Part shown: piece after piece, positions 12,762 to 25,800 of the stretch
How the letters are laid out: each line of letters opens with the position of its first letter
How positions within the stretch are numbered: the stretch's first letter is position 1
The notes under the pieces: model-generated
What the model was told of the DNA's origin: nothing
Seen by the model: only the letters and a program-made list of their open reading frames with translations
The model's database searches: none
Assembly: GCA_040437565.1 (NCBI GenBank)
Contig: JBDOQK010000050.1
Location: 62,001 to 126,000 of the forward strand
Source of the DNA: Albugo candida
Lineage: Eukaryota
Reading direction: 5' to 3'
Length of the DNA: 64,000 nucleotides
Program-made: the position numbers and the translations under genes

Positions 12762-12805
12762 TGTCCAAGTAAAAGATTGGAAGACACCAATTTGTGGGTT
12801 GTTGG

Positions 12806-12820
12806 CAAATTTAAAAATGA
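12806..12820 (-). promoter_or_regulatory. INR-FPR-like core promoter
   Basis: Minus strand TCATTTTTAAATTTG, 59 nt upstream of ATG 12761. Confidence 0.55.
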
Positions 12821-14199
12821 TTGCTCAGCGAGAAGAAGAGCGAGTAACAACACTCACGCACACGCTTGGGTGGATGAGTGGCTGCGAAGCTCTCATAGCC
12901 AGGTAAGTGGGAAGCCAGAATTTTGGCTGGGTTAACTCATACAGTATGTTGAATTATTTATGCGAAATGCGACCTGTTTTTTTTCTTTATTTGTCCAAAA
13001 CGCTGCATTACTTCTCTTTTTACATAAAAATGAAATAAAATCGAAAGCCTTGGCTAAGTGCGACACGTGCTTCGAAATTTCAGTCGTATCATTGGAGATT
13101 AAGATTACAAAAAGCTCTCTTCTTTTGATTGTGTGATTACATTCTTCGCGATTATGCGTATCAAGTGCGACATCGATCAGATCGCAGATCAATACATCGT
13201 AATGATAGCCATGTATGAACCTGTCGCGGAACAAACGCATCGTTTAGAAAGCAAACACATGTTATCAAATGAGTCAAACTCCCGAAGTCAAAAAGACGAT
13301 GGTGGACAAGGATGGGCAATCTAATCTCAAGATTGGAACCAGTTGTTTTTTTTGCTCGTATCGTATGCATCAGAATTGTACCAACAATTGGTAAGAAACA
13401 CCGTTTTATTACTGATAATTTATACTCCTTTTTCTTAGCCAGCTCGTACACCTTGCTATCTAGTCTTCGTTTAGCTGATGTATTCTACCATTGATATGCA
13501 TTAGCTCCATTACACTTAGCCCAAATAGGGCTAAGCAAACTACCACTCACGTAGTCACAAGAAAGCACACAAATCGCACACGACATCCAATATTGTACCG
13601 ACATGGCATTTCAAGAAGCAAACTCAACTGGGTGCTGAGGGTTGCTCGATAGAGATATTAGGCATGTCCTTCCATCTCGCTCCTCGCTGGCAATACTCTG
13701 GTGCGGATTCCAAGTTCTAAGAGCCAATCCTGGCACAATCTGCCACCGAACTGTGCAAGTTACATGTAATACAGGAGCCCATTCATGTCATCTTAAAAGC
13801 TATACTATGTCCTCCAAATGCACATACTTTCTTTTTTGCAAGTAGCCCCATCTTTTAAGAGAATTCAATTCATGCCTAGCTCACCGCTCAGTCTTTTGTT
13901 TCTGCATACGCAAGCTCGTTTTGTCCAATAGATAGATAGGAGTCGCGGTGTTTGTCAAGACCGACAAGTCTATTGTCTCGGTAACATACCTGAGCGAATA
14001 ACGCTTTCGATTTTCTACCTTTAATTTTCAAATAATCATGCCTCAACAACGGAAGCACTGAATCCCTTTTTTCCATGGTGCGAATTTGGCTGCCATCCAT
14101 CGATTGCAATTTATGCCATTTCTTTTAATGATACTGAAAGCGTACAGATCCAAATCCATCTCGTCGGATGATATAATATAATATTAGTAGTACCGGCTC

Positions 14200-17100
14200 C
14201 GTTTCGCATAAATGTTGTTTCCAGTCTTTCATCAGACTATCTACCTGATTCTCTGCCTACATTCTTTTTCACATCCATAGAGCTGGGGAGGCAAATATTT
14301 TCCAAGCTTCTGCTTGGATCGGCGCAGCCACTGACCACATTACCGTGGGCCCACCGAACGACCTCCCAGCTGATGATCCGCTTACTAGACCGTCTGAGCT
14401 CGGACAGATCTAAAGTAATTTTATCAGTTCTCGAAGCTTGTGCTGACTGGTTATAAAACTACTCTTCATAAGCATAAAAGATCGCTGTCAACTGCACCTA
14501 AGCACAAGTGCACAGGAGTTGGACCGGGCTTTCGAAGCATTACATACCAGTGCTCAAAAATGACGTACAGAACCACCAAAGTATAGGAACAAACCATGTT
14601 TGAATATAAGCACTACGAGGAAGCACTCTTTTCTGACCTGGAAAGCATGTTGTCCACCCGTGCTAGCCATCTAATACTATGACGAAAAGCTTCAAGCGCA
14701 CTTCAACTCAGAAGGGGAGCCATCTCCGGCTACAGCATGGGCATTGTTCTGAATCAAAATCGTGCGTTCGCATTATATAGATGCATGGTAGATGATTGAC
14801 TGAAAGGGTGTGTGGCGAATATGCTCCGTGGAAGTCGGTTGTTTACTCATTATTGTTGATCCCTAGACCAATCTCATAAAAGGTCACACCCGACGGTATC
14901 TTGCTTGCCCATTTTGTTCCTTCTATCCATTGTAGCTCATACGTATAATTTACCTGTAGGCATGAAAAATGCATCAGACGTGAGTGAGTGATACTTGACT
15001 TGTTAGATGAAAGATTCAAATTCATTTAGAAACAGTGTACGTTATATACCCATATTCGGTAACATCAATGCACTAATGGGATGTTTTCGGCCAAATCGTC
15101 AGACACGCAATAGTTTAGCTGCAAATTTGTACTTCATTGACCTCCATTACCGAATTTCCTTGTTGCGTTTCGGTCTTTTTTGGCATCTCTTTCCTCTACA
15201 ATATAGATCTTCATAGGGCTTGATTTTTGTTAAGAAGCGAAAGCCTCCTGGATCAACTTTACCATAACAGCGAGCGAATTGTAGCAATCGTTGTAGTCAA
15301 CGGCTACAGCCAAATATGTTTCATGACATCTACAGTCATTACATTTACATGACGATTCCTTGCTTCGGAGTCGCAGACATATATTGTGCCAACTCCAGTT
15401 CCTATGACACTGCACAGAACATTAAAGAGCAAAACTAACATTCTCTTCGCCTATTCCGGTACAATCATTCCATTTCACGTATCAGAAAAAAACTATTTCA
15501 TTTGCAAACCTTAACAAACTACATGGTTCCAATGTGTCATTTCCGCAACATTTTCGCATGAGCGTCACTGATCTTGAATATGGTTACGTTGTGTCTTATT
15601 TGCCTGAAACTCGGTCCACCATTTTGATGTAGGAACAGGTAAGGTTCAGAGTACAAGAGAATTTATTCTGCAGCCTTCGTGATCCTTCCTCTTGATTGCG
15701 GGCATCACAACGCCTTTTACTGCAAGGCCGTACGATGGAAGATGAGCAAACTTGTTCTGGCTACGATGTATGGTTCTTTCTTTCCGAAAGCGATCGTGTG
15801 CATTTTCATGTCTACAAATACTTTTGTCTTCAGTGGAACTCTAACCTTAGATATAATCCGAATCGAAAGCATTTGTTTCTTATAAAACATCTCATTCAGT
15901 AAGCTGCAGCATATTTGAATGAGCTTATTATTCTGTGGAGAAGTGATGAGGCCAAGAAGAAACCCCCATAGAATTGCCAGAGGATATCTATTTCTGCCAG
16001 CTGATATATTCCGTAGATACAGTAGCTAAACTCGCCCGTGTGATGCACGTTTCTTAATGAATTTTAATCTTAAGCCTCATCGACGGTTTTTCTTGCTTGC
16101 CTGTTTCTCAAGAAAATGCTATTAATGGCTGATATTTCAGAGAGAAAATGAATGAGGTCATTGTCAAATCAAGTGTTCATGTGGCCATAATTCTGATGTC
16201 TACGAGTTTTAATCGACGTCCCAAAGCACGAATCATATGCGGTAGCTCTCACTTACATGTGCTTCAAAATATTTGATCACATTTTCAGGCTTTTCATTGC
16301 TCACCAAAGAGTCGATCTTATAACTGTTTCCCAGCAGTCAGCTCGATTATACACGTCAAAACGCCTACATTGTAACTGAATGAAATGTCACGAAGTCCCG
16401 ACATACGTTCTAATGCAGAAGAGAGTATCGTTGCAGACAACCATATTCTGTACAATAAGAGGGAAGCACTATCAAGAAGGAGGAAGGGATCGTTCTGATT
16501 AGGGACAAGTTCATTTCCAAGTACAACATTATCCTCATAATATAACGACGAATGTATACTCCAACCATAGTAACGATTTTCATCGAGCTCACTCGCGGTC
16601 TTTATGATAGAAATCACCAGTGCTTCATTTCACGAGCTGTCACTCAATTGTAATAAATCCACAGCATGGCGTGATGCAAATCTTTAAAGTGTTCGTTTCT
16701 AGAGAATCCAAATATTTCTGCCATCCAATTCATAAATAGAAAAGCCGTTTAGATCTTCATTGTCGCATTCCATGATTAGAACAGCTTCTATCATATTAGC
16801 AGTATTCTTTGCCCTTTTTGCTTCGGGCTCGTTGCTCAATCCGTCTCATATACGATGTATCATTGAACCAAACCTGACAGCTCTTTTTCTCTTACAACGA
16901 TGGTGGATCAGGAAGAGCAATTCATCGAGCATTTACTTCAGCGATATTACTTCGAGACAGAAAGATTTGTAACATGAGCGAAATCGTTTCCAGCATATTT
17001 GATAAATACAAATTGAGAATGCACCAAATCTTTCTGCATTTCTTGTTCATCTTCACTTCACAACGTTAAGGTATGACTCTTCGACTACTTTTAACACCCA

Positions 17101-17900
17101 ATACGATTTCCATGCTGTTTATCGAAGTGGTGACTTCACTAACGCTAGGTGAATCGTATATTCTAGTCGAAAACTTAAAATTAGCGACTTGACTGCTAAG
17201 GATTGTTTTCTGGATATCACGCAGCAGATCGGGCTCTTGTGAGTGTTGAAGTAAGGAGAGTGTCTTAGAACTTAAAATGAAGCTATCATCATGTTATACC
17301 CATGACAGAACCTCACGTATTCATTCGAGTTGTTTTACTCAACTTAGATTCTCAGGTTTTGTCTCAGAAATCTCACAATGAGTGAAGTTGTGTGATGCAC
17401 TATCCACTTAGGGCCTCGTTGTACATGCTGAAAAGTCTATCTCATCACGGCTAGATTTGAATGATAGCGTCAGCTTGGATGCTTGGTGTATTACAAAAAA
17501 ACGCTTTCTGGCGCTCTTGAAGTGTGTCATTGGTCCCTCTGGATGATAGAGCTGTAAATACCGAAGTTAAAGTGCTTCATATTTTAAAGTAGTTCAGCCT
17601 CAGTTCCTCAAGACAGAATTGGTGGTGTAGTTGCTCAATTTCGTCATCATCTATCGTTCTGAATAGCAGATGCTTATTATATCTTGTATTCTATAAGACA
17701 ATCAGAACGAACGGTGGTAAGTATGAATGATCTGTGCCGGATTAGCGTGAGCAACTCTCAAAATCTCTATGTTGAGCCTCTGTTGGAGATTAATCTCATA
17801 GTATCATCCTTATCACAATATTCAAACATACAACATAGCCCCGAACGCGGAGGAGATAGCTATCGGAAGGAGTTGTGAAGATAACTCCACTTGGTCAATT
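14200..17900 (-). mobile_element. Highly degenerate Ty3/Gypsy-like pol relic
   Basis: No long ORF. Minus-strand remnants resemble Gypsy integrase (...PVPTSK near 15630; PSGVTFYEIGLG near 14870). Reverse-complement similarity to 23500-29500 and 50800-54600. Boundaries approximate. Confidence 0.4.
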
Positions 17901-20900
17901 GTTAAATAGTATTCAAAATAGATCACAATAATGTCATGTCTACTACTAGTACCATCAAGAGACGATTGTAAGAAAAATAAATCAATAAGATATCATCCAA
18001 AGTCTAGGTAGTCGACTTAATCTACTTGCGGATTATTAGCTTTCGATATTAGTAACCTGAATAGGAATAAGATACGTTCAATCAGGTTTGTGAGGGGATC
18101 TAGTTAGATGAACGTTTGACGAATGTTCCACACTTCCCCTTGAGTCCCAGTACTTGTCGATATATTCAAAATAGTCGACTGGGAAAGAAAAAAATGATCA
18201 CGGGTGAGTCATGTCCTTTAATTGCTAGCGAAGTACAATACCTTGACTCCAAAGTCGAAGTTTTCGCCATGATGTGTGTTTGGGGGGGGGGGNNNNNNNN
18301 NNNNNNNNNNNNNNNNNNNNNNNNNNNNNNNNNNNNNNNNNNNNNNNNNNNNNNNNNNNNNNNNNNNNNNNNNNNNNNNNNNNNNNNNNNNNGTTTGGGG
18401 GGGGGGGGGTAGAAAATTCGCGATCACTTCGCTAAACTACCTTAGCAGCCATCTGAGCTGACTCAAAGCAGGATGAATGACTCTATCCTTTTGTATATGA
18501 GAGAATGGAAGCAGAATCTCGGATGAATTGTCAACGCACGTTGTTGATCATTATATGCGACTACGGAACAAGATCTTGTGCTGGAGAAGACGATTTGTAG
18601 TGGAGGTCAGCTCCTAAATTAGTATCGATGCAATTTGGGCATTCCCAGATATTGTGTTTTTCGAGTTGATAGGCATCTACACTGTACGAAATGATCCTTA
18701 TGTCCATTATATCACTAGAGTGCCTTTGGTTTGTATTCCATCCCATCATTGCAGGTTATTGCACATATGACAGGAGGTGGCAGCTAATTTTCTTGATACA
18801 GGATGTGACGTGAAATAGCGTAGGATCTCTGCAATATATTGCACAAAACAGAGTAGCTCTTCACAAATGTCTTCTTTTATCCAAAGCAAATCACTGTATA
18901 CCATTCAAACGAGCCTGACAACTGGTCTAAACGCTGTGAGTGCTCCGAACGAGCTCTGCAGGCACCTAGCTTGTTGAATTTATTATCCAGAGACACAGAG
19001 AACTAATTAACGTTACGCAATCCTCGAGTTCAGCGCAGGAATTATTTCTACGCTCTCGACTAATGTCATTGGAATATTACATTTAGGTATCTTATTATCG
19101 ATCATATCCTTCCAAACAAACTTTTCATGCCTTTCATTATTTGGCTTCATTATCCTTTCACAATCCAAAACTTGACTGTTACATGACTACGTCCAACTCA
19201 CGAAAAAAAGTTACGTTCTTGTTCATTTGAGAACATTCAGATCAGTCTCTAGGTTATGCAACAGCTATAAGGATCACCGAACGGATTATTGGCAATTCCT
19301 ATTTGGATTTTCGAGTCTCTCAATTTCCGATGCAATAGTGAAGAGGACGAAAGAGTGTCAACTAGGCGCGATTGCTCTCGAATGCCTCCGAATTGGCAGC
19401 GGCACAGCTTCCGTTCAATGGTATGAAACACCATTCAATCTAGAGGTCAACACTTCGGTTGGCACGAATAATTCAAATCGACTGTTTGGAGAGGCTTTTC
19501 CAGTTGAGTGTTTTAGAAGCATCTTCAGTTAAATACTCAGCCAAGAATGATTCTACCCGACCATCAGCCCGCAAGAATCACCTGCACACATTTGTACAGT
19601 AATGCGCTTGAGAAATTAGGAAGTATTACCAGAACTTCTCAAATATACCAAGAGTTTTCAAATCAGCCAAGTCAAAGCGATATGGTGGAGCAACACTCAT
19701 CGACGACTTTCGGTGAGAGATGGAAATCAGCAGGTATCTTCAAGCGATAAAAAAAGTGTGATAGACACCCGCCAGTCTTTTGCGCTTGTTTTGATAGCTG
19801 CATCATCTCAATGTAGCACGCACGATAATTCTTCAATCGTGTCTTCATCAATTTGAGAGTTCGGGCAGATACAACTGCATAAGTGTACAATTAATACTTA
19901 AGTTTTTGCAATCGCGTGAAGATATAAGAGCTCTGAGAACAAATTTACGTAGTCAGTATGATTGATGTACTCGCGTACTAATATAGAATGTTGGCAGGGT
20001 GATCTGAGTAGCGAAGACCGAGTGTAAAAGAGGAAGACTATCTCTCAACCCGTTTAAATACGAATTTATGGTGGGAAGAGTGAGACAGCGATCGAGCGTA
20101 TGCGGGAAAAGATTCTTCACGGGCTGGACTTCCAGCTCCATGTTTTCAGCTCGCCTAAAAGATTTGGCGAATATCGGACGAGCGTATTCTAAGATGATCT
20201 CTAGGAGAAGGATCTTGTTTTGGTCTAAAGTCGACTTGCTGTGAAAAAAATCATTAATATCTTCTTAGGTAAGTACCAGCCGCCTGTATAGCCCGTTTTG
20301 ACGCAAAAGTGAATTTAAGGATATTAGATATCGCATCCAACGTGTTCTGCGAGAATTAGTATGGTGCAACTCCCCAAGAACCAACAATTATTAGATCCCG
20401 CTCCCACCCAGCCCAAACCTTTTTTTCGAATATGCTTATTTAAATGCAAATTTTTTGAAATTTAAATTATTTAAAATCTTAGGGAAACGCTAACCAGCCC
20501 CCAGTTTGTCATCCTGCGCATTATAAGATCCACGACCTGATAGGCACATGGCAAAGCTGATATTGCACAAATCGCGTTTCGCGCGAAAGGAATATGTGCA
20601 GCTGCGACCTTGTGCATCTTTTCATCAGGTATCATCTTCTGAAAACTCTGGTCATAAACAGAAGAAGCAGAGAGTCACCACTTGGCATCGCTTGACCCTG
20701 GAAATACACTGTAAAAGGATATGAAACTTTGCGAAATCTTATACCCCTAACGAAATCTATTTCTCACCTACAACAGTAAATTGCTTTCTTCTCATCCGGT
20801 GTTCTAGGCTAATCATGCCAGTGCGAGATGATATGCCATGTAGCCCTGCCATCTGTTGCTTTTTTAATTGAAAAAGCTGTGATGTAGGATCATATACATG

Positions 20901-22276
20901 TACCTCTCAGCATGGATTCTTTAATAGGTACAAGCAAAAAAGGATCACGGCACGAGTTTCTGAAGGTAAAGTAAGAAGGTTTCGACAGATTGTAGATTGG
21001 TTGTGACCTGACAATATATAAGTCGAGTGGTTCTAGATGATATAGACCGATCACAGAAACATGGCTACTTTCATCGGGTGTGTGCCACGAAGACGACTAT
21101 GTTCAGCATTTTTCACCAATTTATCGCTTCATTTTGTAGTTGCGACATCAACAGGTTGCGCGCATTAGATTATAGTTGAATGCAGCTGGAAAGGCTTGAT
21201 TTAATATATCTGAGCACTTTCACCATCTCCTCCATTCACAATTTGGGATATCAACAGCTCTGCAGGAGAGATTCAACAATAGAGGCCAGGCTAATGATAA
21301 CGAGTTCATACGACTCATTGAAGGAAGCTTCAGCATGTGCACATGCGTTACTTGTGTTAGAGCGATAAATGCACAGTCTTCTAGGCCTTGTATAATGGAC
21401 AACATATAAATGACCATTTTTTACAGCATGTATCTTGAATAAGAAACCCAATTCGGCAAACATTTGTATCACTGAAGAAGAAGAACTTTCGCGCTGAAGT
21501 TTTGCGTGGATGCTCGCAAAATGTGTATCAAGTATACAATCAAATCGCATCCCCGTAACATCTCGAATTTTGAGTAGTTAAAGAACTGCACGAAGCGTTA
21601 CACGGATGCAACAACTACCCAATCCTCGAAAATGCTTGCTCCAGGCGGTATTTTTGATGCACAGGAATCGTCAGAACAGAACGTACTACTCAGACACAAC
21701 TATCAAGCAAAAAAAAGCTGCGTTCCGTACAAAACAGGGCTTAAAACCACGAAGACAGCAATGTTGGTGGTGGCAAAGAAAAGATTTTATTGAATGGCAC
21801 ACGACTTTGCCTTGAGAGATGGAATTGGCGTAACTATTGCACACTGGCTGACCCCACGAATCATGCTTCAAGTGGCTTATAGCTCACGGTGTACTCATAA
21901 CGGGACGTCCGAATGCACATAATCAATCTTACAAACATGATTTCTCGGATGGAACGTTAGCTTCCCTATTTTGATTCTCAAAAATCGGAACATCTCTAGT
22001 GCTTACTTGATGCAATGTACTAACGAACGTTCTGTAAGAGAAGTCTACTTTTTCTTTGTATTGGGACGGCATCGCCTATCCCAACACTACAAGTAGTGTG
22101 ACGCGCCTTGCCTGCAGTAAAACGTTGTCTCTTGTCACATTCACCTCATCAGTTTTTAAATCTCTGGCCTCCTGTCGTACTACCAACACTGCCCTTCCCT
22201 CCACAAGGATTCCAAAGCGGCACCAATCCGTCCATCCACTTGAATCGAGGAGGGTCGCAATGCCATCCGATCATCA

Positions 22277-22834
22277 TTGATCCAACGTGACAACATTGAA
22301 CCCAGCCAAGACATCAACGAGAGGCAAGGTCATGTTCCCACCCGTGAATTCACTCATTTGATGTGCTCAAGTGCAAGACGTGTGCCAAGAGGCAGGGCAC
22401 GCTTACGTCGTGCCTCACCACGCGACATTACGAAAATATCCTTGCTTATCTTCATACCATGAAGGACCATCCGTTTTTCATGGCACAGGAGTCACCGCGA
22501 ACACGATACGCATACTCCATCCGTCAGAGATGTTGCCTCATCACACACATCAGTTACTTCCAATGGTACACGGGGGAAAAGAAAAAGCAGCCCAACGACG
22601 TCAGCTACTTATCCCCAAACTTCAGGTAGAGCAAGTTCAATGATGAGGCACCCCCTTTTTGCTTCAAACTCACTCAATCTCGAACATGATAACCCATCGA
22701 TTGACCCTCTATCTCTTTCTTCAGGATTGCCGCACTATGAAACCCAACACGAAGTCGAAGATGAAACAAATAGGATATTACGGATACTAATCATGAGAGG
22801 AAACAGCGAGAGTGACATGCAGGTTATGGATTGA
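22277..22834 (+). pseudogene. Relic of the C-terminal half of a family A effector
   Basis: Frameshifted pieces DNIEPSQDINERQGHVPTREF...RGRARLRRA, HPFFMAQ and SGRASSMMRHPLFASNSLNLEHDNPSIDPLSLSSG align with 30461 (GREF...GRARFRRA, FLTMAPG, PSNDFLSLSLG) and 45315 (SGRASLMMTHPL). No 5' module found. Part is repeated at 25613-25962. Confidence 0.65.
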
Positions 22835-25800
22835 TCTCATCTAGATGCGCAATAACAGAAGACCTGAGAGATTGTTCACATCATTTCGACACAAAGTTAT
22901 GCACGCTTACCTCCCTTGAATTGAGTTTCTAATACAGTTTCAGTTTGTAAATAATCATTTGTTCTCTTGAGGATAAATATGTTTGTCTAAATGTAAGGCA
23001 TATGAACAATGCAGTCAAGTACGCTTGCATTTCGAGCAAGTGTGGAGCTAAACAGTATACACGATCCAGGAATTACATGTTCTTTTTTGATGGAACGATA
23101 AAATAGTGATTTTGAATAAGGCGGACCATGTGTACGAAAGTTTTTCATATTGGGACATCGACTGAGAATATTCTTTCTTACAGCTAATTTGCTCAAGATA
23201 AAGCGAGTATTATCCAGTATGGAACACATAGAGAGTAGATGTCCGCGTATTGTGCTCATGCCCATGACACTGACAACAAAGCGGTTCTTCGCACCTAGAT
23301 ACCTCGGTAGGGTCTTATCCTGCCAAGACTAATGTTGGGGGGTTGAGTTTACCTCAGAACTGCACCGCATCCTGTTGCGCTGGATAAACAATTCCTCGCT
23401 AAGAATGAATTCGTGCCTCACGATATAGTGAGATCCAAAAGATCCCTGATTCCCATCGAATAAATCTTCGCATGCAAGACTTCATGTATATGAATGAAAA
23501 CCTTAGTTGCGCAGCACGAGGTCAAACTTCTGTACATTTCAGCCAAGTCTAAGTGAGTGACAAGTTTGAGATGAAGCAATTTGACTTCCGATTTTTATCG
23601 TTCGAAGGGCCCGAAGGCACACTACAAAAGCGGCCGAAAGCAGTTTATTGTTATACATCAAGCTCGGGCGCAACCCATGTTATAAACATGATACGATGGA
23701 TACTTGAGTCCCAGCTTATTGTTGTGGCATCGCCATTCGACAATGATCGCATCTTTCCTGCAAAGTGATCTCGGTGGGATTATGCATACTTCTACACCAG
23801 ATTTACGACTATTTATCCAAGCAGGCCTGCTCTCATCCAATTTACTAAAAGAGCCGTGCTGAGTTAAAAGCTTGTGAATTTAATTATTTTTGCTCGGATA
23901 TTGATATCAAAGTTAGAAGTTTGGAAGCAACATGGAATGCTATTATGCAGAAATTATCACAGCCGGGAAATAATTTTGCAACGTTGTGGTGTGAAGAAGG
24001 AATATAGAAAAGATGTGCTGCATACTGAAATGGGATTTATCAAAATGTTGAAGGCGATTCCGCTTTTCGTTGTAAATCCTTTTCATCGTGGAATGATATC
24101 GCTAAGTACATAATCTACGATCAGCTACTCCCAAATCACTATCGTTGTATGAGAACAAGAGCTGACGAGGTCGGTGCATGGTACATCGTGTGATAGATGG
24201 ATCAAACAGAGAACGCAAACTGAAGAGGGAAAAGTATTATGCGGTAATGACTGTTATCATTATCAGAAGCAGGTGACAATGAAGATGTAAACGGATGAAT
24301 TATTGATCGATCTAATGGCAGACATATTCCGTTTGTGGATTCTCAAAAAAGCAACAGTTATCAAGATTTGAATCACACGATGCTGCGGACTTATTTAAGT
24401 GAAATGAAAGTCTGGTGATAATCATGATGACCGCGAGTGAGGTTTACGAGAATCGACATTTGAGGAGAAAATAAGACTACTTTACGCTCGGATTGAAAGC
24501 TTTGAAATGTTAGTTGTGATTTTGTTTGAGGTATACATTCACTGATATATTATGAGGGTAATTTTGGAGCTTGAGGAGTGACTGGTCCCTTATTAGAATG
24601 ATCCAATCATCCTTTCTGTGAATATTTTCCTCTCATTATACGAAATGGTAGACGGCATCGAAGTTATCTTCCTTGCAGTAGAACGCATGTCAGGACTGTG
24701 TACATTTCACCGAACCACAGTGAAGATAATTGAAGTGTATGAGCGAGCTGGGATTGAGAAATAGCTTCTGAGATCGGGTCTTTGGTGAGTTGTGACAAGC
24801 ATGAAACTTGATCAAATAATCTGAAGCACATATAAGGGACACCACTTCACATATATTCTTCGGGCTGTTTACATATCTACCGACTCCTTCATAGAAGGAT
24901 ATAAAATTAAGATTAGAACTTTTCTGTCGCTATGCTTTCATACTCCTAGCCGCATTGATATACGTGCGCCTCCTTACAACGATGTGATTTTTGTAAACTG
25001 ACAACGAGGCTTTTATCACCTGGTACAAATCGATATCCTTCAGCAAATTCGATGGTTTGTTCTTCTTGGCCTCATCGCTTTTCCGAAAGGATCGTTACCT
25101 CACAGATATACGGCAGTTTGCTGAATGAGATGTTTTACATATGCCAAACACTTTCGAAGCATATTATTTCTGAAGTCAAACTTTGTTTTGTACAAAGCAA
25201 CACTCTTCGTAAACATAAAAATGCATATGTCACTGACGATCGCATAAGGACAGAAGGTACAATAAAGTATTACTAGGAAACATTCGCTCGCCTTTTTAGT
25301 GAGAAGAAAGCTTCCTATGTTCAGTATAGTGGCACGGCCTTGCAGTAAAGGGATCATGATGCCCGCAATGAAGAGAAACGGAGCAACGAAAAAGAGCCAC
25401 GAAGGCTGAGAATGTATTCTATCATGCTTTGAGCCTTATCCATTTGATGTAGGAATGGATAAGGCTCAAAGCATGATAGAATACATTCTCAGCCTTCGTG
25501 GCTCTTTTTCGTNNNNNNNNNNNNNNNNNNNNNNNNNNNNNNNNNNNNNNNNNNNNNNNNNNNNNNNNNNNNNNNNNNNNNNNNNNNNNNNNNNNNNNNN
25601 NNNNNNNNNNNNACAGGAGTCACCGCGAACACGATACGCATACTCCATCCGTCAGAGATGTTGCCTCATCACACACATCAGTTACTTCCAATGGTACACG
25701 GGGGAAAAGAAAAAGCAGCCCAACGACGTCAGCTACTTATCCCCAAACTTCAGGTAGAGCAAGTTCAATGATGAGGCACCCCCTTTTTGCTTCAAACTCA

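Noticed and set aside
18282-18409. Poly-G tracts (possible G-quadruplex)
   Set aside because: A single homopolymer duplicated on both sides of a gap. It is the likely cause of the contig break, with no evidence of function.
18450-22200. Short ORFs and faint similarity of 19200-20300 to the LINE relics
   Set aside because: No recognisable motif or convincing alignment by eye, so left unannotated.
25386-25512. Perfect ~59-bp-arm hairpin at a contig end
   Set aside because: The second copy (28514-28585) has no hairpin, only CCATT-CCTACATCA-AATGG. The fold-back looks like a template switch at that 5-bp inverted repeat, i.e. a chimeric read or assembly artefact next to a gap.
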